Positions 51,143 through 61,919 of a DNA stretch of 64,000 nt are shown here, one piece after another. The DNA is from an uncultured Methylococcaceae bacterium (GTDB lineage Bacteria; Pseudomonadota; Gammaproteobacteria; Methylococcales; UBA1147). The position numbers were made by a program, and so were the translations under genes. The notes under the pieces are model-generated. The model did not search any database and was not told the DNA's origin. It saw only the letters and a program-made list of their open reading frames with translations. The DNA is taken from NCBI GenBank assembly GCA_964528035.1, contig CAZGQY010000002.1:4531-68530 (forward strand). Reading direction: 5' to 3'. Position 1 is the stretch's first letter; each line of letters starts with the position of its first letter.

Positions 51143-52411
51143 TCAGATGGAAAAGGAATTGGATAGTTTTTTTGCCACGGGGGTATTTTTCAATGTGACA
51201 TAGTCCGGCAAGCCATTAATATACGGTGGGTAGTCTTCTCCTTCTATGAGTGGTTGAAGATAAGATCTGCAGGCTTCAGTGATGCCGAGACCGTCTTTAC
51301 TGATAAATTCTTTGGGCAACATTTTTTCAACGTTGGCAACACTGGCAAGATCGGTTGATCCGATTTCCCATTGATAGGGAGCATTTGAGGTTCTTACAAT
51401 TGTCGGCATAATTGCATTTTTACCCTGAATTGCAAATTCCATTGCTGCTTTGCCCATTGCATAGGCTTGTTCGACATCCGTTTTGGATGCAATATGCCTT
51501 GCTGCTCGTTGCAAATAATCGGCAACCGCCCAGTGGTATTTGTAGCCCAAAGCTTCTTTTACAATGTTGGCGACAACAGGGGCAGAGCCCCCTAATTGTG
51601 CATGCCCGAACGCGTCGGTGCCTCCCGCTTCTGAAAGAAATTTTCCGTCGGCGCCTTTCACTCCTTCCGAAACGATTACCGAGCAATAGCCATATTTTTT
51701 CACTTTAATATCGACTTGAGCAAGGAATTTTTCTTTGTCCAGTGTTAATTCGGGAAAAAGTATCAGGATTGGAATGTCATTATTTTTATCCGTCGCCAGC
51801 CCGCCTGCCGCTGCGATCCACCCGGCGTGTCGTCCCATTACTTCGAGAACAAAGACCTTGGTTGATGTCGAGCACATGGATGCAACATCAAAGCTGGCTT
51901 CGCGCACTGATACTGCAACATATTTAGCAACAGAGCCAAATCCCGGGCAATTGTCAGTAACAGGCAGGTCGTTGTCGACTGTTTTAGGAATTCCAATACA
52001 GGTAATGGGGTAGCCCAAAGTTTCTCCCATCTGTGAAACCTTATAGGCGGTATCTTGCGAGTCTCCGCCACCATTGTAGAAGAAATATCCGATATCATGG
52101 GCGCGGAAGACTTCAATGAGTCGTTCGAATTCTGCCTTACTTTGGTCAAACCCTTTGAGTTTGTAACGACATGAGCCAAATGCACCTGCCGGAGTATGGC
52201 GTAATGCTGCGATAGAAGCGTCTGTTTCAAAAGTGGTATCGATCAAATTTTCTGTCAGTGCGCCAACAATGCCATTTTTCCCCGCAAAAATGCGGCCGAT
52301 TTTATCCCTATGTTGGCGAGCAGTTTCAATAAGTCCACAGGCACTGGCATTAATGACAGACGTTACGCCACCTGATTGAGCGTAAAAGGCGTTTTTCAAT
52401 TGTAATCTCAC
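51143..52411 (-). CDS. pfp: Pyrophosphate-dependent 6-phosphofructokinase
   Basis: AFYAQSGGVTSVIN, NGGGDSQDT (Asp), PKTVDND (Lys), EVMGRHAGW; co-oriented with hppA. Confidence 0.85.
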   Translation of the reverse strand: MRLQLKNAFYAQSGGVTSVINASACGLIETARQHRDKIGRIFAGKNGIVGALTENLIDTTFETDASIAALRHTPAGAFGSCRYKLKGFDQSKAEFERLIEVFRAHDIGYFFYNGGGDSQDTAYKVSQMGETLGYPITCIGIPKTVDNDLPVTDNCPGFGSVAKYVAVSVREASFDVASMCSTSTKVFVLEVMGRHAGWIAAAGGLATDKNNDIPILILFPELTLDKEKFLAQVDIKVKKYGYCSVIVSEGVKGADGKFLSEAGGTDAFGHAQLGGSAPVVANIVKEALGYKYHWAVADYLQRAARHIASKTDVEQAYAMGKAAMEFAIQGKNAIMPTIVRTSNAPYQWEIGSTDLASVANVEKMLPKEFISKDGLGITEACRSYLQPLIEGEDYPPYINGLPDYVTLKNTPVAKKLSNSFSI

Positions 52412-52690
52412 TACAGAGTTAAACTTTTCGATTGTAGCATATATTAGCAGTAAAACCGATGAGAAATTTCTGATTCCTTGGTCGTTGTCCAGGAATAATA
52501 ATTGGCTTACAGAAAAGTGCTTCTTGGTTTAAGTGTGCAGATTGCAGGCCGTGTAGTTCTTCATATTAATACGCGGGTTTAACATCCCTGTTTTAAAGCT
52601 TGAGGATTCAGCGGTTGGCTAGACGCTATATTCTGAGGTGCAGTCCGTGGCCCGAAGGGGTTATATGCTAAAAATGATGGGTTAATGAAT

Positions 52691-53314
52691 TTACTGATAA
52701 CCGGGTTCTTGCTCTGCTGGCTGAGGTAAAGAAAATGTATTTTTTTTAAAAATCAAAATTATCGAGAATAAAAACAGAAACATAATGTTGGGTTCCGGTA
52801 TTTTGTGGATGCGAAAGTCACCTTTGAGGTTTACACCAGGAAGGTCGAATGCGCTGAATTTGTTTGCTGAGCCCGTAGCTGATTTCCAGTCAATGAATGG
52901 TACGTCTGCTTTCCCGGATACACCGCCCGAAAAACCAGTAATCAAGCCATTTTTTAGAACGAACCCGGGGTCAGGTGCGCCAAGGCCCTGGCTTGGATTC
53001 CTAAACGCACTAAGCTGCGAATTTGGATCAAGTAAGTCCCAGATTATGCTGCCTATCTGAATGCGAAAAGCAGAGAGTAGTCCAGTTGCATCGACTGAAA
53101 AACTTCCGAAATGCAGACTGCCTACAGCGATAATCGAGTTACACTCGAATGCTCCGGTTGCAAGTACTGGACTGAGGCACGCGGTTTGGTAGTTAGGAAC
53201 AGGTCGAGTGTATATTTTCTCCTGAACTTCAAATACCATTTTGTATGACATTGGCATAGAGAATGCGGTTGCGGGCAACAGCATAGAAACGATCAATAAA
53301 ATTTTTTTTATCAT
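52691..53314 (-). CDS. PEP-CTERM sorting-domain protein
   Basis: Signal peptide; C-terminal IPEP + hydrophobic helix + KK. Confidence 0.75.
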   Translation of the reverse strand: MIKKILLIVSMLLPATAFSMPMSYKMVFEVQEKIYTRPVPNYQTACLSPVLATGAFECNSIIAVGSLHFGSFSVDATGLLSAFRIQIGSIIWDLLDPNSQLSAFRNPSQGLGAPDPGFVLKNGLITGFSGGVSGKADVPFIDWKSATGSANKFSAFDLPGVNLKGDFRIHKIPEPNIMFLFLFSIILIFKKNTFSLPQPAEQEPGYQ

Positions 53315-53636
53315 GATTCTGATTCTTTTTTTGTTGAAATATTTGTCAGTGTCTAATTTGAGAATCCTATCGTTGTGTATTAAATTGCTTGGGACTGTAT
53401 TTAAATGGTAGTAACGAAATTCAGGATCCTGCTGCTTAACTTAAAAGCAACAACCATGCCAATAATAACATAACCTATTATCTACAGACCATTATAGGTT
53501 TTCAACAAATTATGATGTTTTAAAGTGTAAAATATATTGACACTTTATAATCCTCATTCCATTGAATATAACGCTTCTTGGTTTATCAAGGTAAACTCAA
53601 TTAACGGGTTATAATCGAGATTAATGAGGCTCGGAA

Positions 53637-55172
53637 GTGTTTAGTGCTATGAACTTGGAATTTGTCGATTGGGTGGTCATCGTGGGATATATGTTTGTTA
53701 TCCTGTTGGTGGGTTTAATTTGTTCTCGTAAGAACACCAGTACCGAAGAATACTTTGTTGGAAATCGGCGTTTTCCAGGTTGGATCATTGGTTTAAGCCT
53801 GGTTGGTACATCAATCAGTTCGATTACCTTTCTAGCTTACCCTGGCGATGCCTATAAGACGTCCTGGTTGCGTTTCGTACCCAATACCATGTTACCGGTG
53901 GCCGTATTAATTGCAGCTTATTGTTTCTTACCTTTTTTTCGCCGAGAACGGATAACATCGGCTTATGAATTTCTGGAGCAGCGGTTTGGGCCTTCGGTTC
54001 GAGTCTATGGTGCGTTCGCATTTATGTTTGGGCAAATTGTACGCATCAGCATGATCCTTTATTTGGTTTCGTTGATGTTGCATGAAATTACCGGACTAAG
54101 CGTTTTATTCTGCATTGTAATCGGTGGTTTATTTGTTTCGTTTTATACCGTATTAGGCGGTATAGATGCTGTGATATGGACAGATGTCATGCAAACCCTG
54201 ATTTTGCTTGCCGGTGGTGTTGCGTGTTATTGGGTGATCGTCGAGGCTTTACCCGGCGGTTTGAGCCAGATTTTGAGCGTTGCAGAAAATCACGGTAAAT
54301 TATCCTTATCTGAGCTAAACAACGGTAAGTTACATAGCGTTTCCTGGGATTGGTCTTTAGATAAAAAAACCATACCGATGATGTTGTTGATCGGATTGAG
54401 TGCATGGTTAACCGAGTACAGCAGTAACCAAAATGTAATACAACGCTATTGTGCTTCGAAAAGCTCGGCTGAAGCTCGAAAAGCGATGTTGGTCTGTGTA
54501 CTGAGCAGTTTGCCGATTTGGGCGTTTTATATGTTTCTTGGCACCTGTTTATTCGTGTTTTTTCAACAATTCCCAACACTTCCAGCAACCGAAATGTTAA
54601 CGGGTTCACAATCTGCGGAACAGATATTACCGTATTTCATTGTGCACAATATGCCTTCGGGTTTTGCTGGGCTTGTTATCGCGGCAGCTCTGGCTGCGGC
54701 AATGTCATCACTGGATTCCAGTATTAACGCGATTGCAACGGTATGGGTTGTCGATATATATCGACGTCATCTCAAGCCGGCCAAATCGGACAGACATTAT
54801 TTGCATGTTGCGTGGTTAATGGCATCCATTATTGGATTGTTTATGATAATTGGTGCGTTTTATTTATCGAATACGACAGGAAAAACTTTACAACATACCG
54901 CAACAATCTTAGTGTCTCTGTTGACGGGGGGTATGCTCGGCTTATATTTGTTGGGTTTTTTTACACATAAAACTGGAACAACAGCCGTGTGGTTCGGAAT
55001 CGTGGCAACAATGTTATTTACCGGGTGGACAGTACTGTCGTCAAATGGGCTATTGCCCGATTTTGCCAGTGTACCGTTTGATCTTTACTACACAGGCCTG
55101 ATAGGTAATGTCATTATGTTTGTTGTCGCTTATTCATTTGGACTTCGGTTCCATGCAGCAAAAAACACTTAA
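53637..55172 (+). CDS. Sodium:solute symporter (SSS/SLC5)
   Basis: EEYFVGNR, SSITFLAYPG, SAYEFLEQRF, GGIDAVIWTDVMQ, QRYC, AAAMSSLDSSIN. Confidence 0.93.
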   Translation: MFSAMNLEFVDWVVIVGYMFVILLVGLICSRKNTSTEEYFVGNRRFPGWIIGLSLVGTSISSITFLAYPGDAYKTSWLRFVPNTMLPVAVLIAAYCFLPFFRRERITSAYEFLEQRFGPSVRVYGAFAFMFGQIVRISMILYLVSLMLHEITGLSVLFCIVIGGLFVSFYTVLGGIDAVIWTDVMQTLILLAGGVACYWVIVEALPGGLSQILSVAENHGKLSLSELNNGKLHSVSWDWSLDKKTIPMMLLIGLSAWLTEYSSNQNVIQRYCASKSSAEARKAMLVCVLSSLPIWAFYMFLGTCLFVFFQQFPTLPATEMLTGSQSAEQILPYFIVHNMPSGFAGLVIAAALAAAMSSLDSSINAIATVWVVDIYRRHLKPAKSDRHYLHVAWLMASIIGLFMIIGAFYLSNTTGKTLQHTATILVSLLTGGMLGLYLLGFFTHKTGTTAVWFGIVATMLFTGWTVLSSNGLLPDFASVPFDLYYTGLIGNVIMFVVAYSFGLRFHAAKNT

Positions 55173-55263
55173 GGGTCGGGCGTCGGTCAGCAATCGTAGC
55201 GGTCGTTTCGAAACTTACGAGCATGAACCATTCGATGAAAGGCATAGGGGTCAAGTATCATAA
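55153..55263 (+). pseudogene. N-terminal fragment of a PA0069-family radical SAM gene
   Basis: MQQKTLKGRASVSNRSGRFETYEHEPFDE resembles the KGRG..SN..GRF......FDDGW N-terminus recalled for this family; stops after 36 aa. Confidence 0.5.
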
Positions 55264-55372
55264 TGACTGATTATAATGACAAAGCAGCCTAATGCAACAG
55301 ATCTTTGATGAAATATAATGGTTGTTTCTAAGGCGTGAGCTCGATGGTCGTATACTCAAGCTAACAAAAATA

Positions 55373-55930
55373 TTATTTCGTCTTCTTGCTAATTACCACC
55401 GAATCTATGTTGTCTGTGCGCAATTTTTCTCGAACCGCATCGGCCTTACTCATAGAAGAATACGGTCCAAGTTTCACTCTGTTCCAGGATGCGGTTCCAA
55501 TTTTTGCTGTTTCGATTTTCGATGTAATACCCAAAAATGCTAGCTGCGCTTTCAGTTTATCTGCCTGGGCGAAATTTCGAAATGAACCCACCTGGAGCTC
55601 ATAGATCCCCGGCCTTGCTTTTCCCAGTTCTTCTTCACGTTTGCGTGTCTTAATTTCAGATTCCGGAACTTCGACTTCCTGCTTAGGTAATAAGGTGTAA
55701 AACTCGAAACGGCTTTTCTTTTTTTCTCGTGGCTTTGTTACTACGCTGTTTTCAGTCTGTACCGAGGTGGATTTATCTTTCGCGGTTACTGGCGTTTTTG
55801 TATCGCGGAGGATAGATAGAAAAATCACAAACAGTCCCAGTAACACCGCTATCGAAAAATAGCGCCAAAGGGGGAGTTTAGTATTCTGTTTGCGACGACT
55901 AGTGGCGCGATGTTTGTAGTCTTTAGGCAT
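55373..55930 (-). CDS. SPOR-domain protein (FtsN-like)
   Basis: One TM, RFEFYTLLP, LQVGSFRN..QADKLKAQLAFLG, RVKLGPY; follows argS. Confidence 0.9.
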   Translation of the reverse strand: MPKDYKHRATSRRKQNTKLPLWRYFSIAVLLGLFVIFLSILRDTKTPVTAKDKSTSVQTENSVVTKPREKKKSRFEFYTLLPKQEVEVPESEIKTRKREEELGKARPGIYELQVGSFRNFAQADKLKAQLAFLGITSKIETAKIGTASWNRVKLGPYSSMSKADAVREKLRTDNIDSVVISKKTK

Positions 55931-55932
55931 GA

Positions 55933-57693
55933 TTACATTGATTCAGGAGAAGAGATACCCAATAAAGTAAGGCCATTGGTGATGGTTTGTTGCACTGCAC
56001 AGGTCAGGTTTAAGCGCGCATTACGCAATTTTGATTGTTCTACAAGAACCTTATGAGCGTTGTAGTAGGTATGGAATTCTTTCGCCAGATCGCGCAAATA
56101 TTGTATTAACAAATGGGGTTCGTGTTTTAGTGCCGCATTCTCAATTATTTCTGGATAGCGAGACAAACGGGTAACCAAGGCCAGTTCCTGAGGTTCAGAC
56201 AATAAAGCCAGATGGTTCATTCCCTCTTCAATATCCCTTGTCAGGTCTTTATCGTCCAGTTGTCTGAATACACTGCATACTCGGGCGTGGGCATACTGCA
56301 CATAAAACACCGGATTTTCGTTGGATTGAGATTTCGCCAGCTGCAGATCGAAGTCCATATGTTGTTCGCAGCGGCGCATTAAATAGAAAAATCTCGCCGC
56401 GTCTTTACCCACTTCGTTACGCAGTTGTCTCAGGGTAACGAATTCTCCGCTTCTGGTTGACATGGGCACTTTTTCGCTTCCTCGATATAGCACTGCAAAT
56501 TGTACCAGTAATACGTCCAGTTTTGTCGCGTCCTGTCCTAATGCGTTAATTGCAGCTCGAACGCGTGCTATGTAGCCATGATGGTCGGCACCCCAGACAT
56601 CTATTATGCGCTCAAAACCTCGTTCGAGTTTATTCAGGTGATAAGCTATGTCCGACGCAAGGTAAGTGGTTTGGCCATTGTCCCTAATCACGACGCGATC
56701 TTTTTCATCTCCAAGCTGGCTACAGGCAAACCATGTTGCTCCATCCTTCTGGTATAAATGTCCAGCGGAGTCTAACACCTGCAGGGCGTTGTGAACTGCG
56801 TCCGAATGCATTAATTTCCGTTCGGAATACCATTCGTCAAATTCAACTCCAAAATCTTCCAGATCGTCGCGAATGTCCGCCAATATAGAGTCCAGCCCAG
56901 CCTTCAATATGATTTCATAACGTTTCGGGCCCAAAAGTGTCTGTGCGCGTTTGATCAATGCATCGATGTGTATTTCTTTATCTCCCCCATCAGGTTCATC
57001 GGCCGGTATGTTTTCGAAAACTCGTGCTGAAAGACTGCGAAATTCGTCACCGTATTTAAGGTGGATTTGCGCAGCGATTTCTCGTACATATTCACCTCGA
57101 TAGGCATTGCTGGGAAAAGCGAGTATTTCGCCGCATTCTTCCAGGTAGCGCAACCAGATCGTTGTTGCAAGAATATCCATCTGTCGACCGGCATCATTCA
57201 CATAATATTCTTGGTGAATATCAAAGCCAATAGCGTCTAAAAGGCTGGCTACTGCAGAACCATAGGCGGCTCCGCGACCATGTCCGACATGGAGGGGGCC
57301 TGTTGGGTTCGCGGATACGAATTCGATTTGGATCCTTTTTTTGTTGCCGGTTGTGCTTTTTCCAAACTCCGCATTCTGATCGTGGATTTGCTTGATGATT
57401 TCGTATTGTGCGTGAGAATTGAGAAAAAAATTGATAAACCCAGGTCCGGCAATTTCGGTTTTTTGAATAATTGGTGCTTGTGGTAAGGCGTTAATAATTT
57501 CCTCTGCCAGTTGGCGCGGAATTTTTCTGGCAGATTTGGCTAAAGTTAGCGCCAGATTTGAGGCAAAGTCCCCGTGCTTTGGATCTTTGGTACGTTCCAG
57601 ACTGATTTTTATTTCAATACTGCTTTGGATTTTGCCTTCGCTTTGCAGGGTTGCGATTGCTTCACGCAGCAATTGTTCCAGGGTGTTTTTCAT
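55933..57693 (-). CDS. argS: Arginine-tRNA ligase
   Basis: [49 protein letters not shown]. Confidence 0.98.
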   Translation of the reverse strand: MKNTLEQLLREAIATLQSEGKIQSSIEIKISLERTKDPKHGDFASNLALTLAKSARKIPRQLAEEIINALPQAPIIQKTEIAGPGFINFFLNSHAQYEIIKQIHDQNAEFGKSTTGNKKRIQIEFVSANPTGPLHVGHGRGAAYGSAVASLLDAIGFDIHQEYYVNDAGRQMDILATTIWLRYLEECGEILAFPSNAYRGEYVREIAAQIHLKYGDEFRSLSARVFENIPADEPDGGDKEIHIDALIKRAQTLLGPKRYEIILKAGLDSILADIRDDLEDFGVEFDEWYSERKLMHSDAVHNALQVLDSAGHLYQKDGATWFACSQLGDEKDRVVIRDNGQTTYLASDIAYHLNKLERGFERIIDVWGADHHGYIARVRAAINALGQDATKLDVLLVQFAVLYRGSEKVPMSTRSGEFVTLRQLRNEVGKDAARFFYLMRRCEQHMDFDLQLAKSQSNENPVFYVQYAHARVCSVFRQLDDKDLTRDIEEGMNHLALLSEPQELALVTRLSRYPEIIENAALKHEPHLLIQYLRDLAKEFHTYYNAHKVLVEQSKLRNARLNLTCAVQQTITNGLTLLGISSPESM

Positions 57694-57965
57694 AGGGGAT
57701 TAAATTATTGTGGAACGAATTTTTGAAGGATCGGGCATTATCCTAAATTCGCTCATGGCTATGCAATGTTTTGTTGCAGCCAGTACGGTTTTTCTGTAAT
57801 TACCCAGCGAGCGTGGTGGATAGGGTGCGAATCATTAATTGTCATGGATATATAAATATTTCACTGTAAGTTTTGCTGTACCCTCTTCAGTGATAAATCT
57901 CAGATAATCAATGGCGTATACCTTTCCCCCGCCTGGTAAAATACACATAGAATAAATACAAGTTT

Positions 57966-60170
57966 TCAATATAGATCAATTGGGTCAATGTCGATGGACC
58001 ATTTTACGCGTTTTGCATCGGGTATGCCCTGGATCTTGGTCAGTAACTCGTTTATCAGTGAATGCAGAAGGTTTCTTTTAGTGCTTTGAATCAATAGTTG
58101 AAATCGATACAGTCCGGCGCGTTTTTGCATGGGTGCGGGTGTGGGCCCTAATATTTGTACAGAATTTAGATCGTTTTTGTTTAGCAGTGCCTTGATCTGT
58201 TGAAGAAATGCCCATGGTGTTTTTTGTTTTGTACTTTCTGATCTTAGCAGTGCCTGAAAACTAAAGGGCGGCAAGCTACAGATTTTTCTTTCCGATAGGA
58301 TTTCTTCGCTAAGTCCGGAATAACCCCTTGCAATTAATGTGTTCAGTATGGGGTGTTCGGGATGGCGAGTTTGCAGGATGACTCGACCGGGTTTGCGGTC
58401 GCGACCTGCACGGCCTGAAACCTGGATGATTAATTGTGCCAGCCTTTCGGTGGTTCTGAAGTCGATACTGAACAAACCCGAATCCGTATCCAGAATACCG
58501 ACCAGGGTTACATTGGGGAAATGGTGTCCTTTGGCGAGCATTTGTGTGCCGATAAGAATATCGATTGTACCCGCGCTGATTTCGGTAAGTATTGCTTTCA
58601 GGCTGCCTTTACGCCTTGTGTTATCACGGTCTATGCGGACAATGTTAGCCTGCGGGAAAATTTTTTCCAGTATCTGCTCGACACGCTCAGTACCCAATCC
58701 CAATAACAAGAGTTTGTTTTTTTTGCAATGTGGACAATTGTCTGGGATGGGTTGTTGGTATGCGCAATGGTGGCATCGTAAGCGCTTTTCACCAGAGTGC
58801 AGAACCAGGTTACTGTCGCAACGGCTGCATTGCGCAATCCAGCCGCAGTTATGACAGGTTAAAGTGGGTGCAAATCCTCGACGGTTAATGAATAGCAGTA
58901 CTTGTTGTTGTTGCTGAATCGTTTGTTTAATGGCCAGTAGCAGTTTGGACGAGAGTCCTTCGGTTAATGGCTGGTTGCGTATATCCAGTAACTCGATTGT
59001 TGGCGGTTTTGCACTGCCTGTTCGGGTGAGAAGTTTGAGATGTTTAAACTGATTTCGGGTTACATTGTAAACGCTTTCCAGTGATGGCGTCGCCGAACCC
59101 AGAATTATGGGAATGTCCAGTAGTTGAGCACGTTTTATGGCGACGTCTTTGGCAGAAAAGCGGAATCCTTCCTGCTGCTTAAACGAAGTATCATGTTCTT
59201 CGTCAAGAATGATTAAACCGGGATTGCTTAATGGTGTAAACACCGCTGACCGTGTCCCCAGGAGAATTGCTGTGTGTCCATTTGCGGTATTCAGCCAGGC
59301 GTTTTTGCGAGTTTGTTCGGTTAAACCTGAATGAAATACATGGATCTGGGTTTTAAATCGTTGTTTAAATCGCTCTTCCAGTTGGGGTGTGAGCGTGATT
59401 TCCGGAAGTAAGACTATAACCTGTTTTTGTTGCGTTAATACTGAGTGAATAATTTGAAAATAGATTTCTGTCTTACCACTTCCAGTAATGCCATCAAGAA
59501 GAAAACTGTTAAAACCCTGCATTGATTGAAGTATCTGTTGGATCACCGATTTTTGTTCGGCGTTTAGTTCAAATGCCGGTGGGGAATATTCATACGCAGG
59601 AATATTGATTTCAGATGTGGTGGTTTTTTTTACCAGTCCTTTTGTGGTTAAGGTTTTCAAAACTGCGCGCCAGTTCCATCCGAGATTGTTCATTTCACTG
59701 GGTGTTGCACCGTTTTTTTTGTGCTTTATAAAAGTGAGTAATGCTTGCTGGCGATGCGCCCGATGGGAGATTTTGGAATCGGTATTTGAAGCGAGTAATG
59801 TGCTTTGGTAGCGAGGTTCGTCACTTACTATGGCTTGTGCACCTTTTCGAAGTAATACAGGAAGTGCGGTGCTGACGACTTCTCCGATGGGGTAATGATA
59901 GTAGCGACTTGCCCAAGTCATTAAAGTGAGGTCACCGCTAGACAATAGAGGGGTATTATCCAGAATACAAATTACTTTTTTTAATTGCGAAACAGGAACG
60001 CAGGATTTGTTGCCAACTTCCAATAAAATTCCGGTCTTTGTTTGAGCTCCGAATGGTACAGAAAGCCGAATTCCTGGTTGAAGTTGATTAAGATTTGCGT
60101 TGTCTGGAGGCAGGTAATCGAAAATATCTCTCAGCGGAACAGGAACAGCGACTTTTAAAATTGTTTGCAT
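57966..60170 (-). CDS. priA: Primosomal protein N'
   Basis: DGITGSGKTE, DEEHD, GSATPS, two CxxC-CxxC zinc clusters, GTQMLAKGH, QVSGRAGR. Confidence 0.97.
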   Translation of the reverse strand: MQTILKVAVPVPLRDIFDYLPPDNANLNQLQPGIRLSVPFGAQTKTGILLEVGNKSCVPVSQLKKVICILDNTPLLSSGDLTLMTWASRYYHYPIGEVVSTALPVLLRKGAQAIVSDEPRYQSTLLASNTDSKISHRAHRQQALLTFIKHKKNGATPSEMNNLGWNWRAVLKTLTTKGLVKKTTTSEINIPAYEYSPPAFELNAEQKSVIQQILQSMQGFNSFLLDGITGSGKTEIYFQIIHSVLTQQKQVIVLLPEITLTPQLEERFKQRFKTQIHVFHSGLTEQTRKNAWLNTANGHTAILLGTRSAVFTPLSNPGLIILDEEHDTSFKQQEGFRFSAKDVAIKRAQLLDIPIILGSATPSLESVYNVTRNQFKHLKLLTRTGSAKPPTIELLDIRNQPLTEGLSSKLLLAIKQTIQQQQQVLLFINRRGFAPTLTCHNCGWIAQCSRCDSNLVLHSGEKRLRCHHCAYQQPIPDNCPHCKKNKLLLLGLGTERVEQILEKIFPQANIVRIDRDNTRRKGSLKAILTEISAGTIDILIGTQMLAKGHHFPNVTLVGILDTDSGLFSIDFRTTERLAQLIIQVSGRAGRDRKPGRVILQTRHPEHPILNTLIARGYSGLSEEILSERKICSLPPFSFQALLRSESTKQKTPWAFLQQIKALLNKNDLNSVQILGPTPAPMQKRAGLYRFQLLIQSTKRNLLHSLINELLTKIQGIPDAKRVKWSIDIDPIDLY

Positions 60171-60266
60171 GAAGATTGTCCGAAATTATTTGAAATTTAT
60201 GATTGTAAATTAACTCCAATTCAATCAAACTCGCCTAAGTGTTTATAGTCTAAGCACTTAATTTAT

Positions 60267-60359
60267 TTGTTCACAGATCATGTGGGTAACTCTGTGGACA
60301 AGTTGTTGAATGGATTCTCAACTGCTTGAAATGTATGAATTCCTATTAAATTGTTCACA
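60267..60359. promoter_or_regulatory. Cluster of four DnaA-box-like 9-mers upstream of priA
   Basis: TTGTTCACA (60267), TGTGGGTAA (60281), TGTGGACAA (60293), TTGTTCACA (60351); 1-2 mismatches to TTATCCACA or its reverse complement. Confidence 0.55.
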
Positions 60360-60775
60360 GATAATACTGTTTAAAAACCACCATTAAAACAAAATGTTAG
60401 GTTATTATCGCAGCCTTCGGTGAGGGGTCTTTCCTGGGGGTTGAGCTGGCCACTATAGTTTGTCAATTGTGACTGACTTAGGGGCGGATATAAAATAATA
60501 TTCAACCAACCTGTAGGTTTTTATTCCTGCTTTCAAGTTTGAGGATGGGTCAATACTGGGCCTACGGAGCCGTTTTTGTGAAGTCGAAGATGGATTGAAA
60601 AACAAGCCCAATTTGGATATATACTCACATTTCTTATATTCTGTTCGCCAGCATTATTTCGGTGGAAGAACTATTGCTGGAAGGTTTTGTTAGGCTGATT
60701 AGCCATCGATACTATGAGCAAAAATCTGTAAATTTGTGCCGCAGAGTAAGCAAAAATAACGATAATTGTATTTGA

Positions 60776-61378
60776 TTGGGAGATTTAAGAATGGAGGGAT
60801 TGAATCAACAAGTTTTACGAACTGATGCGTCAGGTATGCCATTGGAATGGATTGGTTACCAGGAGGCTGTCAAGCTTCATTATCTGAGCCAAGTTGTTTA
60901 CTCCCTGGGAAGCTTACTTTATACCGTACATGGTGGAGTGAATGCCGTTTCAGGTAAACAGAGTTTCATCGAAGTGAATTCTATTCTGGCTACACGCAGC
61001 AGAAATTTTGCTGTCAGGAAGGTCGGGAAGAATTATGTGCCACCGTTAAATAATCCGACACTTTTCAATCGAGATAATTTTTTGTGTCTTTATTGTGGTG
61101 CTTCCTTTCGGCACGGAGATTTGTCCAGAGACCATGTGACCCCTATTAGCCTCGGTGGCGAGGATAATTGGAATAATGTCGTAACAGCCTGTAAGCGATG
61201 CAATAACCATAAAGCAGGGCGGAGTCCTGAATCTGCGGGTATGGAATTGATAGCCATTCCGTTTGTTCCTACTCATGCAGAGTACGTTTTTCTACAAGGG
61301 CGTCGTGTACTTGTAGATCAGATGGAATTTCTACGGGCACATTTTCCAAGGAAAAGTCGACTTCATGATCGTTTTTAG
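60776..61378 (+). CDS. HNH endonuclease (likely start ATG 60791)
   Basis: LFNRDNFLCLYCG, SRDHVTP, NVVTACKRCNNHK. Confidence 0.9.
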   Translation: MGDLRMEGLNQQVLRTDASGMPLEWIGYQEAVKLHYLSQVVYSLGSLLYTVHGGVNAVSGKQSFIEVNSILATRSRNFAVRKVGKNYVPPLNNPTLFNRDNFLCLYCGASFRHGDLSRDHVTPISLGGEDNWNNVVTACKRCNNHKAGRSPESAGMELIAIPFVPTHAEYVFLQGRRVLVDQMEFLRAHFPRKSRLHDRF

Positions 61379-61418
61379 TTGAGTTGAAAGAAAACGCAGG
61401 AAATTTGAATCAATTATA

Positions 61419-61919
61419 ATGAGTTCTAAAAATGCTGATTATGAGCGTCTGGTGGTTGCTTATTCTGTCGACTTGTATCGTTACGCATTTTGGTTGTGTA
61501 AGGATCCTTCGCAAGCCGAAGATTTGGTTCAGGAGACTTTTCTTAGAGCATGGAAATCGCTGCACAAATTGAAAAACAGAGAGCTACCCAAACCCTGGCT
61601 TTTTACTATATTAAGGAATGAGTTTGCCAGACAATACGCGAAAGTTCGGCCAAATATACAGGACATAGATCTCACCAGTATTGAGTATAAGGATACACAG
61701 AATGACACCAGCACCGAAGCGTTCGTACTGACGCGTGCTCTGGATACATTGGCGGAAGATTATCGCGAGCCTTTGTTGTTACAGGTTCTGGGTGGTTTTA
61801 GCTGTGAAGAAATTGCCAAGATATGTGGAATTTCCAAAGGTGCTGCGATGACCAGGTTGTTCCGTGCTAAACAAAAATTGCGTCAAATATTGACCCCGGA
61901 CGGTTTGGGTGACAAATGA
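61419..61919 (+). CDS. ECF sigma-70 factor
   Basis: AEDLVQETFLRAW, WLFTILRN, FSCEEIAKI, MTRLFRAK. Confidence 0.93.
   Translation: MSSKNADYERLVVAYSVDLYRYAFWLCKDPSQAEDLVQETFLRAWKSLHKLKNRELPKPWLFTILRNEFARQYAKVRPNIQDIDLTSIEYKDTQNDTSTEAFVLTRALDTLAEDYREPLLLQVLGGFSCEEIAKICGISKGAAMTRLFRAKQKLRQILTPDGLGDK

Noticed and set aside
60408-60450. Glycine-riboswitch-like GGAAAGACC...CACCGAAGG on the minus strand upstream of priA
   Set aside because: No CUCUCAGG segment or second aptamer, and the gene context does not fit.
60170-60780. Replication origin call
   Set aside because: Only imperfect DnaA boxes; no dnaA/gidA/rpmH neighbours and no clear 13-mer unwinding element.
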